A DNA stretch of 64,000 nt from Lama glama (lineage: Eukaryota), in assembly GCA_028534125.1 (NCBI GenBank), contig CM052817.1:94738001-94802000 (forward strand). The letters are read 5' to 3'. Under the pieces are notes generated by a model, which searched no databases, had not been told where the DNA came from, and saw only the letters and a list, made by a program, of their open reading frames with translations. Positions 39,759 to 52,674 of this stretch are shown one piece after another; position 1 is the stretch's first letter, and every line of letters starts with the position of its first letter. A program made the translations under genes and the position numbers.

Positions 39759-40616
39759 TGCAGTAGGAATAATGGTCCCCAAAGATGTCCACATCCCAAT
39801 CCCCAGAACCTGTGACTATGTTCTGTTACATGACAAAAGGCAATGCAAGTTGCAGATGGAATCAAGGTGACTAAGGAGCTGACCTGAAGGTGAGATTATG
39901 GCCCTGGATTATCTGGATGGACCCAATGTAATCACATGGGTCCTTATCAGCAGAAGATGATAGTGGAAGAGACAGTCAGAGAAAGACATAATGACAGAAA
40001 AGAAAAAAAAAAGAAAAAGAGAGAGAGTTGAAGCCTGAGACAGACATAGTGCTGGATGGAGATGGAGCAAGGGGCCAGGAGCCAATCTTGCAGGCAGCCT
40101 CTTGAAGCTGGGAACCTCCCTCAGCAGAAAGCCAGCAAATGGGGACCTCAGTCCTATAAATGCAAGGGATGGAATTCTGCTGACAACGTGATTGAGCAAA
40201 GAAAGAGATTCTTCCCCAGAGCCTCTGGAAGGGAATGCAGCCTGTCGGCACCTTGGTTTGAGCCTAGGGAGACACTTTCTGGGCTTCTGATCTAAAGAAC
40301 TCTAAGATAATACAAATTTATAGTTACCAGGGGGTAAAGAGGGTCAGAAGGGATAAATTGGGAGTTCAAAATTTGCACCTCTCGGGGGAGTGATGGAAAT
40401 GCTAGGTATCTTGATTGAGGTGGTGGTTTCAAAGATATATACCCATGAAAATTCATCAAATTGTACATCTGAAATATGTGTAGTTTGCTGTACAGGAACA
40501 TACCACAATAAAATTGTTTAAAAAATAAAATACAGAACTCTAAGATAATAAATGTACACTGTTTTAAGCCATCAAGTCTGTGCTGATGTGTTACAGCAGC
40601 CATAGAAAACCAAAAG
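39759..40616 (+). mobile_element. MaLR LTR (MLT1D/E-like) interrupted by a retro-insertion
   Basis: aataatggtccccaaagatgtccacatcccaatccccagaacctgtg...ggattatctggatggacccaatgtaatcac...gttttaagcca...gttacagcagccatagaaaac. Confidence 0.9.
40313..40533 (+). mobile_element. Chimeric L1-derived retro-insertion
   Basis: Perfect 17-bp TSD agaactctaagataata at 40296-40312 and 40534-40550; aataaa at 40507 plus A-rich tail. Confidence 0.88.
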
Positions 40617-40654
40617 TAACACATCCACGGATACAACTGCTACCATTACAATTA

Positions 40655-40780
40655 TGATCATTCATGCAATCTCTAAAAAATATTTACTGAGGGCCTAGCA
40701 GGTGACAGACGCTAAGTCCTGAGATGCCATAGGAAACAAGCTAGCAAGGGCCCTGCCTTCCCGCAGCCTACTCACCTCTC
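40655..40780 (-). mobile_element. L2 3' fragment
   Basis: cattcatgca...aaatatttactgagggcctag...ccctgccttccc. Confidence 0.6.
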
Positions 40781-43152
40781 GGTGGAACGTAACCAGATCT
40801 AGAACAAGCCCCAGGAAGACACGGTCACCAGCTACAGGCCCTCTGTGAACGTATGATTCGAGAAAGTCAACCTTTTTAGAAATATAGGTGAGGAATGATG
40901 AGGAACTGTGGACCAGGAAGTGAAGGTCTCTATATTAGTTTCTTTAAGGCACTAATACAAGTAAGTAATAATATTATAACAACCAAAAATAGGCTACATG
41001 AAGAGGACGGCTTCACCCACTTGGTAAAGCAAGAATGTGCTCTAGCCCACATGGAGATTTCATTTAGTTGACACCTGAATAAGAGCAACCTTAAGGGGGA
41101 ATCACGTTTACGTCGAAGAGTATTTGGACTTTGTTGCCTGTATAATTAATCTCAAGTTAATTATTTAATAAATTGTAAAGAGTTTTCATTCCATTGTATG
41201 GACTTGCCCATTCTAGATCATTCTGTCTTCATAAAGTACACATTTTTAAAACCCTTCGGAACCATTACAGATTTCTGTTCTCTAAGATAACTCGTGAAAT
41301 TGTCATGGTTCCTCAGTTTTCAGCATGTGTGGTGTCCTTTGAGTTTCATATTCTGTGAAGAATTTTACCTGCATTTTAAAGAGCAGAAACAAGACACAGA
41401 AAGTTATGGATGATTCAAATAGGACATTTAGCAGTCTATATTAAAATCAAAACCTGGATGAATAGAGGAAAGGGGCTTCACAGAGACCAATGGCATCAGC
41501 TCTCTTCCTCTGGAGCTAAACTTCAAAGGTAAAAAACAAGAAAATGCAGCACAGATGATCACCTTCATCACCACCAAACGCTGTGCAGCTGCCTGCCAAA
41601 ATAAAGGAACCCACTCCACTCAGCGCTGCACATCTGTCCGTCCAAACCTCTGGTCCCAAAGGAAACAGCACCAATTTGCAACATTCCGGTGCTCTGAGTT
41701 GCTTTCTGGAGTCTTCTAAGTCTGCTCTGCGAGGAGAATGAATTGATGCCACGGTCCTTTGTTACTCTCCATACACTGCCTCTGGAACTAATAAAGGATC
41801 TTGAGAAATGAACTGATGGCAAGAGTTTAGAAGGAAGAACTCACCAACCTAGAAGTTATAATAAAGAATCATGGACTTGTCATTTTCTTGTATTGATGGA
41901 ATACCTTCAAGGTCCTAGCATGGTGAGCAAACGCAAGGAGAACGTTTTCACCAGCTACGTATGATTTTCTTCCTTTTAAGCAAGAAATGGTTTTCTTTGG
42001 ATGATTTGGCAAAGATTGATTATCTGTCAGTGATACTGTAATGAGTGGTTTTGAGCCACGTTTTTAGGGTTAGGCTTCTTGAAGAGAGTGACACTTGAAA
42101 GAAAATTGTAAGCAAACAATGGAGGATTACTTGATGGATGGAACATGATAGATTTATCTCAGGCCTGTGGAAAAGCCTAAGGCTCATAAAAGCAGACAGA
42201 AACACGAAGAGGCTATTTTGAACAATAGAATGATGCAAAATTGTTGACGGAGATTGAGGAAATGGACACAAATGCTTGGAAGCTTAGGAGGCCCCCTAAA
42301 TATTCAACAGGAGGAACTGTTTCAACAAAAGATGACACATCCATTCTGTGTGATATTATACGCTGTTAGTCATATTTTTGAGGCGGATTTAACAGTATCA
42401 GAAATTACTCATGATGTAGTATTACATGAAGGAGAAAGCAGTGTATAAACTTCACGCTCAGGATAGCAGCAGTTGTGTGATACATACCCACACAAACACA
42501 CACACACACTGTGTTGGAAGGACTCTTCCAGTTACAAATATAGAAAGGAAAAATTAAAGCAATCTGCCTTGAGCAGGATAGGGAATGACTGACAAGATAC
42601 CTGAACATTCAGGGCAGAACTGGCTGCAGACAAGGCTTGACCCAAGGTTCAAACACGGTGCCGGGAGCTAGTTTATCCACATTTTCCCAATCCATTCCTG
42701 TGGTACCACTCCACTTCTCAGATAGGCCCTACCCTAGAGATCTCCCTGGGCCTCGTGGACCCTCGTGCAAGTTATAAATGGGAAGAGAACTCTGAACAAA
42801 AACCAGTTTGGGGTCCTGGTTTCTTTGACTTGTTGCTTGTTTCCCAGCCCTGAAGTAATTCTTGTAGCCAAAATTTTAGTGGGACACCACATCACCCCTC
42901 AACCCCTCCCCAAATAGAGGTGAGGTACATCTCATCTATACTGACACAAATGGCAGGATGTCCTTTTTTAAGACTGAATAATAGTCCATTGTATAAATAA
43001 ACCACAATTTCTTATTCATTCACCTGTGGACAAACATTTAAGTTGCTTACGTATTTAAGTTGCTTCCGTATCTTGGCTATTGTGAATGGCTACAATGACT
43101 ATGAGAGTACAGATGTCTCTTTCAGATACTGATTTCATTTCCTTTGCATATA

Positions 43153-43924
43153 TGATTCTGACATCAACTCCAAAGTATGGGTTTCTTCCCACACCAAGCA
43201 GTTCTCTGACACTAGCTGGGTGCCCTACAATTCAATTCAATTCTGACACTCTCCATAGATAGCCTTAGGTTAAGGGTTAAGCTCCCCACCGCTTTGGATT
43301 CCAGTTGCAAGTCTAGGTTGTTACCTGTGCTCCTGACCAACTGGCTATATTTTGGAGGTCCCCACGACCTCTTCCTTAGGTTCTATTAATTTGCTAGAGC
43401 AGCTCAGAGACCTCAGGAAACCAGTTTACTCACTTGACTACCAGTTTATTACATAGCATCTTATAGGACACAAATCAACAGCCAGATAAAGAGATATGTA
43501 GGGTGAGATCGCAAACAAAGGAGCTTCTGTCCCCATGGAGTTTGGAGCTTGGCACAGCAGTAGAGGGTGCATTCTGATTCACCAACCTAGAAGCTCTCCA
43601 AACCCTGTCCTATTGGGGTTTTTAATGGGTTTTCCATTACTTAAGCACGATTGATTAAATCATTGAGCATTGCTGATTGATTGGCCCTTCAGCTCCTCTC
43701 CTCTCCTGGGAGGTTGGAGGGCAGCACTGAAAGTCCCTACCCTCGAATCACATGGCTCTCTTGGTAGGTAGCTCCCATCTTTAGATGCTCTCCAAAAGTT
43801 ACCTTATTAATATAATGAAAGACATCTTTTTAACTCTTATCACAGGAAATTTGAGGGCTTCAGGAGCTCAGGAACAGAAGTGAATACCAAGTATATATTT
43901 CTTATTATAAATCACGATATCTAG
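43153..43924 (-). mobile_element. ERV LTR (MER21-group-like) nested in L1
   Basis: Reverse complement begins gatatcgtgatttataataagaaatatatacttgg (MER21-type 5' end); ctgggtgccctacaattcaattcaattctgacact near the other end; L1 sequence g(c/g)atata duplicated on both sides. Confidence 0.8.
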
Positions 43925-44077
43925 GGATATATACTCAGAAGTGGGTTTGTTGGATCATATGCTAGTTTAATTTGGGGGGGAACCTCCATATTGTTTTCCA
44001 TAGTAGCTGTACCAATTTACATTCACATCAATGGTGCACAGGAGTCCTTTTTTCTCTGCAGCCCTTGCCAACACTTG

Positions 44078-44374
44078 CTATCTCGTTATTTTGATAATAG
44101 CCATTCTGACAGATGTGAGGTGATATCTCACTGTGGTTTTGATTTTTATTTGCCTGATGATTAGTGATGCTGAGCACCTCTTCATATACTCATAGGCCAT
44201 TTGTATATTTTCTTTGGAAAAATGTCTATTCAGGTCCTCTGCCCATTTTTTAATCAAATTACTTGGTTTTTTGCTTTTGAGTTGTATGAGCTCCTTACAT
44301 GTTTTGGATATTAACTTCTTATCAGATACATGGTTTGCAAATATTTTCTCCCCTTCTGTAGGCTTCCTTTTCAT
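44078..44374 (-). pseudogene. L1 ORF2p C-terminal remnant
   Basis: [23 protein letters not shown]...[20 protein letters not shown]...[28 protein letters not shown] is typical ORF2p C-terminal sequence; flanked by stops. Confidence 0.92.
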
Positions 44375-45712
44375 TTTGTTGATAGTTTCCTTTGCTTTCC
44401 AGAAGCTTTTTAGTTTGATGTAGTTTCACATGTTCTTTTGTTGCTGGTTCTTTTGGTGTCATGTTAAAAAATCACTGCCAAGAGCAGTATCAAGGAGCTT
44501 TTTTTCCATGCTTCTTCTAGGAATTTTACAGTTTCAGGACTTAAAGTTTAAGTCTGACCAATTTTGAGTTGTTATCTGTGTATGGTGTAGTGTAAAGGTC
44601 CAGTTTCATTATTTTGCATGTGGCTAGCCAGTTTTCCCAATACTGTTTATTGAAGAGACTATATTTTCCCCATTCTTGGGGTCCTTGTTGAAGATTAGTT
44701 GACCCAAGTGTATGGGTTTATTTCTAGGCTGTCTATTCTATTCCATTGGTTTATGTGTCATCTTTGTGCCAGAACCATATTGTTTTGATTATTAGCTTTG
44801 TAGTATCAGTAATTTGTAATCAGGAAGTGTAATGCCTTCAATTTTGTTCCTCTTTCTCAAGATTGCCCTGGCTATTAACGGTCTTTTGTGGTTCCATACG
44901 AGTTTTTAGCACTGTTTTATTTTTCTATTTCTGTGAAAAAATGCCATTGGAATTTTGCATTAAGTCTACAGATCACTTTGGGTTCTATGAGCATTGTAAC
45001 AATATTAATTCTTCCATTCTGTGAATACAAAATATTTTCCCATTTATTTATGTTTTGCTTAATTTCTTTCATCAATGTTTTATAGTTTTCATTGTTTAGA
45101 TCTTTTATCTCTTTGGTTAAATTTATTCCTAAGTATTTTATTCTTTTTTATGCTATTGTAAATGGAGTTGCTTATTTGATTTCCTTTTTGGATAGTACAT
45201 TGTTAGTGTGTAGAAACACAGCTGATTTTTGTATGTTGATTTTGTATCCTGCAGCTTTACTGAATCTGCTTATTAGTTCTAACAGTTTTTTGTGCAGTCA
45301 TCTGATTTTTCTTGCCTATTAGTTCTGCCTAGGATTTCCAGTACCCTGTTGAATAGAAGTGGTGACAGTGGGCTTCCTTGCCTTGTACCAGATCTTTGAG
45401 GAAAAGCTTTCAATTTTTCCCTATTGATTATGATGTTAGTTGAAGGTAGCCAAATTTTAACACTGATTACCTCTAGAACTGGATTATAGATGACCTTAAA
45501 TGACTTTACATTGTTACTTATTTTTTTAGACTACTTCAATATGTACATATCACCTGAAAAAGAAATTACAAAGCCTAAGAGGACAAAGATAAACATTCCC
45601 AACTGTGCCACTATAGCCAGATTACTTATAGGCCCCTAGTTTTATATAGTTATATATAATTACATATAGCCCGGTATTGTTTTCTACATACAGTTTTATA
45701 ACTCTCTAGATT

Positions 45713-45932
45713 CAGTTGATCCTTAAACAACGTAGGGTTAGTACAATTTATAGTCAGCCCCCCATATCTGCGGTTCCTCTACATCTGTGGATTCAACAAA
45801 CCATGGCCCACATAGCCCATATTATAGTCCAAATACTATGTATTTACTATGGAAAAAATCTGCATATAAGTGGACCCATGCATTTCAATGTTTCATTGTT
45901 AAGTTTTATATTTATTTGGAGATAGGTCAATT
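45713..45932 (+). mobile_element. Tigger-derived MITE (MER8-like)
   Basis: 5' TIR cagttgatccttaaacaac; internal catatctgcggttcc, ggattcaac, aaaaaatctgcatataagtggaccc; 3' TIR ttgtt...ggtcaatt appears split by an AT-rich stretch. Confidence 0.8.
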
Positions 45933-46331
45933 ATACATATAGTTCATTTATTTATAAGTTAATGTACATTTCAAAGTTTGACACCTAATGGTGAATGGTT
46001 CTAATAAGTTTTTTAAAACCACAGGAGAGTTAAGTGAAAAGGGAGTGACATCATCCAGCTACAGTTGAGAAATGTGATTTTTGCAGTAATATTTTTGACT
46101 GATTAAAGTTAATGGGGCCCATCAATTGAAATTACTTTTCTATTACCAAATGTTTAGATAGCCATACCTAAGGACTTTAAAGCCCTTGTTTTTGCTTGTT
46201 TGTTTGTTCTTAATCACTCAGGTCTTGTACCTGACCTGTGCCTGGGCTTTCCTGAGCCATTTCTCCTCTAGTCCCACCTGTCTCTCTGTCAGTCTTAGCC
46301 CATTGTCAGTGATCTGGCCCCAGAGGAAAGC

Positions 46332-46332
<1 letters not shown>

Positions 46333-46362
<30 letters not shown>
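46333..46362. repeat. (AC)n microsatellite
   Basis: Direct read of the sequence. Confidence 0.95.
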
Positions 46363-46364
<2 letters not shown>

Positions 46365-49300
46365 TCCAGTAAGTAAGGTAGTTTTACTGATGTTCTTGTG
46401 GGCGGATGGAGAATGGGAGTAAATTGCAGAGCACAATTTTATAAGCAGTATATTGACTCTTCTTAACACAGTCCCAAAGTGCCCTTTCCCTTGGCAGCGG
46501 ATACCTCCTGGCTCATGCATCCAAGAAGTCTGCGTCTATTTCATCTATTTTGTTTATCTTCCTCCCCTCTCCCTCCCTCCCATAGCCACATTGCCTCCAG
46601 CCCCCATCAGCCTAGTTTTCTTCTTCTAGGTCAAGAGTCAAAACACAAATGTCCACAGGAGCCAGGCAGATAACGTAAAGGAAAGAACAAAAGTCCAAGT
46701 ATAAAGGACTGGCGCAGATTACAGCAACCAGGCAGCAAATGCCCCATAAAGTACTTGGTACCCCGTGGGAATGAAAAGTCAGTATTCCTTGAGTTCCTGG
46801 AGATCTTGGAAATATGATCTTTTTCACATGTGGGCAACGAATTCACATTTAAAAAAAGAAATACTCTGTGAGTCCAACAAAAGGTATTTGCCAGGGAGAT
46901 GAAACCCATGGGCTACCAGTTCGTGACTGGCTGGCTGTCTGGATCACTCCTTTCCTCTTCTTCAGCGAAAGATGGTAGCCTTCTCTTGGTGTCCTCAATT
47001 TATACCCCCAAATGCAAGCCACTGTGTGAGGTGAATGGAAATGACTCATCACTTAATTTGTGTGGGGGTGGGGAGTAATGCAGTGATAGCCAGCCAAACT
47101 TGCCAAAACAGCCCCGCATCTTGCAGCAAGGATAACTTAAGTGCCAGGAAAGCTGGTTCCTGTTTAGCCTCCTCCTAGATATAATCTTATATCATGCCTG
47201 TCATACCAAGATAAAGGCTGAGAAGCCTTAAACCCTAAAATTGAATAAGCTGTGTTTTACATACTTTCTTTTATGCTCCCCCCTTTTTTCCTTTTGGGAA
47301 AGAACAAAATGAGCCAAGCATCTTTCTATCACCAATGATGGAGGCTGGTTAGTAGTGACCAATGTGCCCAAGATGCCATGATAGACACGGCAGAAGTGAC
47401 GTGAGGCAGCAGAGTCAATGACCAAAGCAATGGATTTTCAGCTTTTTGTGGGGAGGGACTACGGATCATTCAGAATTTAGTATAGAAAATGAAAATCACT
47501 GTAAGTATTTCAAACAGACGGATTTAAAATAAGGAACTGGTTACCCATGTTGAAAGGCAGAAAGAGCAGAAAGAGAACACTAAAATAATATCAAGAGATC
47601 ATAACTGCAGCAATTAGCTACCTTGTCTTGGAAAGAGGAGCAGAGAGTAAGGGATGGGGTCGTTAGAACTGAAAGTCGAAGGAAGGGTTCTCAGGAGCTG
47701 ACGTTCATACCTTGGAGGAGGTGCACTGCCTGATGTTGGCTGGTACAGACTTGAAGGAAGCTGAGAGGAGCTGGAGGCTGCAGCCGATGCTGTTGCTGGA
47801 GCCCTGCTGAGAAAAACAGAAAAACAGAAAGGAAACCCTTTCTCCCCTCCTTCCACCTACTTGTCTCTCGCTAGCACCTCCTACTGGCAGAACCTAATGA
47901 GAACCAGCTGGCACGGGAGAATCCCAATGCCAACATCACACAGCAGAGGGAGGATTTAGAGTTGAAAGACAAAAGGTGAATAACTTTGGCTGTAGCACAG
48001 ACACAGCCACTATAAGAAGTATATTCACATCAGGACTCAGTATTACAACACTTTTGTGCACATCCAACTGAAACAAGTTTCATACAGCAATGAGATGCAG
48101 TGTAATTTCTTTTCTAGTCTGTTCTATTTCATATTATTTTTTAAATGCTGGTTACACCACCTCTAAATGATTTCATGAATGTTCTAGAAGAGTCTCAAAT
48201 CTGAAAAAGAAGTGAGTGATTCCTGGGGTTCCACAGGCATAAAGTGTATGTGACTGAGACGAAGAACTCCTATCAATTTCTAACAAAATTCTATGAGCTA
48301 CTTGGGAAATGTGGGGAAAGGATGGGAAGAGTTGTTTTTCTGACTTCAGAGAAGTCCTTGCAAGGAAACAGGGAATATCACTGTGGTGGAGTCCGCCAGA
48401 TTCACATTTTAATTTCAACTCTGCCTTCTCCATCAACATTACAGAAGTAAGTCTGGAAGTAACGTATGACATAGGTGTTTACAAGGTGGGTGCCACTGAA
48501 ACGCTTAATGATCTTTTTAGAGTCAACATTTATCAACATGGTGGCACATGGAAATTAAGTTTGTTTTCTTTAGTGAACAAGTGTTAGGAAAATTGCAGTG
48601 TTGTCCACTGGATGGCATAAAAGTTGCTAATAATAGATTCTTCTTTAGATTTCTGACATAATTAATCTAAAGAAGTAGACTTTTATGACTCAAAACACAA
48701 AAAGACTGTACTATTTTTTTGGTTATTGGTTATTAGCCAGTATTAAGTCAAACTTTTATATGTACATATATTTTGGTTCATTAGTAATACAAGTGATGAA
48801 TTTAGTCCTTATGAAGGTATCTAGATACCAGTACTACTAAAAACACAATCCCTACCCTCCAAAAAACAAACAATAAACCTGGGAAGAAAATTAATTAAAA
48901 TATGCAAATAAAAATTAAAATCAGCATAGATGGTTTTTACTCAGAGTTAATAGCTCATTCATGTGTAGAATCTGGAGGAACTTTTGATCTGCATTATACA
49001 GAATTTTACCCTTTGCATTTTTTTTCACCTTGTATTCAAATTATTCTCTGTATCACACTCTAAAGTTCATCAGGAAATCCCAGGATCCGCATCTCAGCTC
49101 AGGTCCTGCTTTCACCATTTGTGTACCATTTGACCTTTCACAACTCACTCAACTTTTCAGTCCTACATTCTCTTCTCAGTTGACTTCCATGAAGATCAAG
49201 TGTGATGCTAGATGGAAAAGAACTTGGAAGTTTACAGGCTCAATTCAAGGGTAGAATCCTACTAAACACCTCACCTGACACGCACCGTAGCACCTAACAA

Positions 49301-49391
49301 TAGCTCAGGATGTGTATTTAATAAGCGCCCTGTAACTGAGGCAGCATCTGCTTTAGATGAGAATACCTATCAAGAACCTACAGTTCTCCAT

Positions 49392-50133
49392 TAAGTGCTG
49401 GAGAGTGTGTAGAGAAAAGAGAACCCTCTTACACTGGTGGTGGGGATGTTATTTGGTGCAGCAGCTATGGAAAACAGTATGGAGACTCCTTAAAAAACTG
49501 AAATAGAGTTACCATATGATCCTGGGCATATATCTGGAGAAAACTCTAATTTGAAAAGATACGTGTATCTCAATATTCATAGCAGCACTATATACAATAG
49601 CTAAGACACGGAAGCAACCTATGCCCACCAACAGATGACTGGATAAAGAAGATGTGGTGTATATATACAATGGAATACTCCTCAGCCATAAAAAGAATGA
49701 AATAATGCCATTTGCAGCAATATGGATGGACGTGGAGATCATCATTCTAAGTGAAGTAAGTCAGACAAAGACAAATATCATATATCACTTATATGTGGAA
49801 TCTGAAAACGATCATACAAATGAACTTATTTACAAGACAGAAACAGACTCACAGATGTAGAAAACAAATTTACGGTTACCAAAGGGATATGGTGAGGGAG
49901 GGAAAAATTAGGAGTCTGGGATTAGCAGACACAAACTACTATATATAAAAAAATAAACAAGATCCTAACATATAGCACAGAAAACTACATTTGATATCGT
50001 CTAATAACCTAAAATGGAAAAGAATATGAAAAAGTATACATATACATGTATTACCAAATTACTATCCTGTACACCAGAAACTAACACAACACAACAGTGT
50101 AAATCACTTATACTTCAATTTAAAAAAAAAAAA
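49392..50133 (+). mobile_element. 5'-truncated L1 (ORF2 end plus 3'UTR)
   Basis: tgctggagagtgtgtagagaaaagagaaccctctt...atgaaataatgccatttgcagcaa...tatacttcaattt plus poly-A. Confidence 0.93.
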
Positions 50134-50209
50134 TAACTTGTTCTCTAATCTGCTTCTACCAAAAAAATATAAATACACAAATACACAGTGGAGAGCCCCA
50201 CCAGCGTAC

Positions 50210-50385
50210 AGAGGTATAAGGAACAAGAGCTTGGGTTCAGAGTCTCTCACTTCAGTTCAAATCCCAGCTCCACGACTTCCTGTGCAACCTGGTTAGTCAC
50301 TCACCTTCTCTGTGCCTTATTTCTCCCACCAATAAAATGGAGGGAATAACATTGTCTAACTCATGGAATTGTTGTGAGGACCATC
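50210..50385 (+). mobile_element. MIR
   Basis: gttcaaatcccagctccac...ttctctgtgcctta...taaaatggagggaataa...ctcatggaattgttgtgagga. Confidence 0.8.
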
Positions 50386-50654
50386 ATTTTTATTCTTATC
50401 CCCAGAGTCTGAGGAAGCCAGTGGGGAAGTGAAAACAGGATGATGGAATGAAAGAAACTATGGAAGAGGCATGAATGTGGGAGATGCTTTAAAATTCTGA
50501 GTGCTGCAGCAACACCACAGTACACAGAGTCCCCCCAGACGGCAGATTAAATCACGGAACCTCTTCCTTTCCAAACTTTTCCAGCTCTCTATTTAGAGCA
50601 ATTGTCCAAGGGAACAACACATCTCTGATTTTATCATTTAAAAACTCCCAGCTT

Positions 50655-51380
50655 TCATAAATAAAACCACAATGAAAGACCGCTGCATATCCAAGAGAAT
50701 GGCTAAAGTGGAAAAAACAGACAATGCCAAGCATCGAGGAGAGCGTGGAGCACATGGAACTCAACTATACAGAGGGTGGTCACAGAAACCGCTAAAAACC
50801 GCTTTGGAATACTAGTTGGCAGTCTGTATGAGCACTGAACATATGCACTCTTTATGGCCCAGAAATTTCACTCCTAGGTACATACCCAATAGAAATGAAT
50901 ACATATGTTCACCAAAAGGCATGTGCTGGAATATTCAGAGACAATATTTATAACAGCCCAAACAGGAAACAACCCAAATTCCATCACACAAGCACGGGTA
51001 AATAAATTGTGGTATATTCATAAAATCAAACGCTATATATCACAGAGGGCGAGCAAACTGTTGCTACTCAGCAGAGATTCATCCCTGAGAAAAGTAGCCG
51101 TAAATTAAAAACGGCAAACCATATGATTCCACTTATACAGAGTTTAAAAGCAGGCAAGACTCAACTAGAGTGTTAGAAGTCAGAAGAGTCATCATCTCTG
51201 GAGTGAGGTGGGAACGGGAGGGAACAAGGGGACTTCCAGAACGCTGTCAGGCTCTACGTGCAGATCTGGGGCCAGATTCCATCAGTGTTCACTTAGGGAA
51301 AATTTGCCAGTGTGGACACATATGTGCATACATATGCACACAGTGTGTGTATGTGTGGATGTTAAACTTAAAAAACACTT
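50655..51380 (+). mobile_element. Old L1ME/MD-like 3' end
   Basis: ataaaaccacaatga...cagaaatttcactcctaggtacatacccaatagaaatg...aataaattgtggtatattcata...atatgattccacttata. Confidence 0.8.
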
Positions 51381-51579
51381 CAATGCAAGTAGGAGTCTTG
51401 ATCATTTTAATATTGGAATAGAAACAGTTCAGGCCTTTGAAGGGGTTACCTCCCCTGGCACTGCTGAGAACCCCCTTCTTTAGGACATCAGTTAACCCTG
51501 AACCACAGCACTTCATTCAATGCACTGAAGTCCCTCGTTCACATGTGTGTCTCCCTTACTCAGGCATAATCTGCTCCAG

Positions 51580-51675
51580 GCCAGAGACTGCGTCTTATTT
51601 ATTATTCTCTCTCCAGTGTTCAGCACAGAGCCCAGCACATCATAGGCATCTAATAAATGTTTCTTGAATGAATGT
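51580..51675 (+). mobile_element. L2 3' end
   Basis: tctccagtgttcagcacagagcccagcacatcataggcatctaataaatgtttcttgaatgaatg. Confidence 0.75.
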
Positions 51676-52674
51676 AATATACAACTAATGGGGGATGAGA
51701 TACATTTTACTTTATATTTTATAGAAATAGGCTTTGATGCCAAGTTTGCTGAAATACCAGTTTTTGTCAACAGGCGACCCAGCAGTTTGTGTCAAGCGTC
51801 TTCTGAGTTCTCTTTTCCAAATGTCACCCAAACCATTCATCGTCTTTCCCTGGCTTTAGAATATTATTAACTAAACTCTTTTGATGACAGGAAGTAGAAG
51901 CCATCAGGAGCTGTACCTTCCTCACTAAGGTTTCCTAATAGAGTCACTGATCCGACTGAATGATGAACAAAAGCTATCGTGCATAGCCTAGCTGACTCTA
52001 TAAATTATCAGAGAAACTGTATAACCTATAATTGCACTGGTTATATACTTAAACGACCTGCTAAAGTTTGCAGAGACCAAGTAAGGATGGAGGGAGCTTT
52101 CTAGTTTTGCTAAACCTTTAACAACTTTCTGAGATTCATGGTTTATCAAGAAAAAAGAAGTCATCGTCAGAGACCCGCGACACTATTAACCTGAGAATGG
52201 GCATTTGTGCTTCCCACCCTGAGGGGCAAGTTCTCATTTTTCTCACGTGTCAAATCTGTTTAATTCCTTTGGTGTCTCCCGGTTTGTGCTACATGTACTT
52301 AGAGACAACAGCAGCGAATCACGGCACCTGGGCTTTCATCACATTCTAGTCAGAGCTCTTTGCCTTGGAGGCTTACACAGCAGAATCAGAAAAGTCAGTT
52401 TCTGGAGGTTTGGAAATTAGTTTCAGATTTGCTGTCTTGACGGCAACCAAAAGGGAGAGACCAATAAAACATTATGTACAAAACATTAAAAAAGAAGGTG
52501 TGGGGGCGGGGGAGGAGCTTTACGTCATCTACTCAGCAGTGACCCAACCGGAAAAACATTAGTGAATGATTAAAGAAAGATGACCCAAAGGGGAACGCAG
52601 GGGGGGATTCAGACAGGCTTTGGTCAGAGCCCCCAAATCTAATGTAATTTCAAGCTGGCCTCAAAATTCAATTT

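Larger units (their letters stand above)
42935..45445 (-). mobile_element. L1 (L1MA/MB-like) ORF2 3' portion, interrupted by an LTR
   Basis: Continuous reverse-strand L1 sequence on both sides of the insert at 43153-43924; ORF2 homology at 44078-44374. Confidence 0.93.

Noticed and set aside
48600..48620. CTCF-like tgtccactggatggca
   Set aside because: Mismatch at the central AG of the core and no other support.
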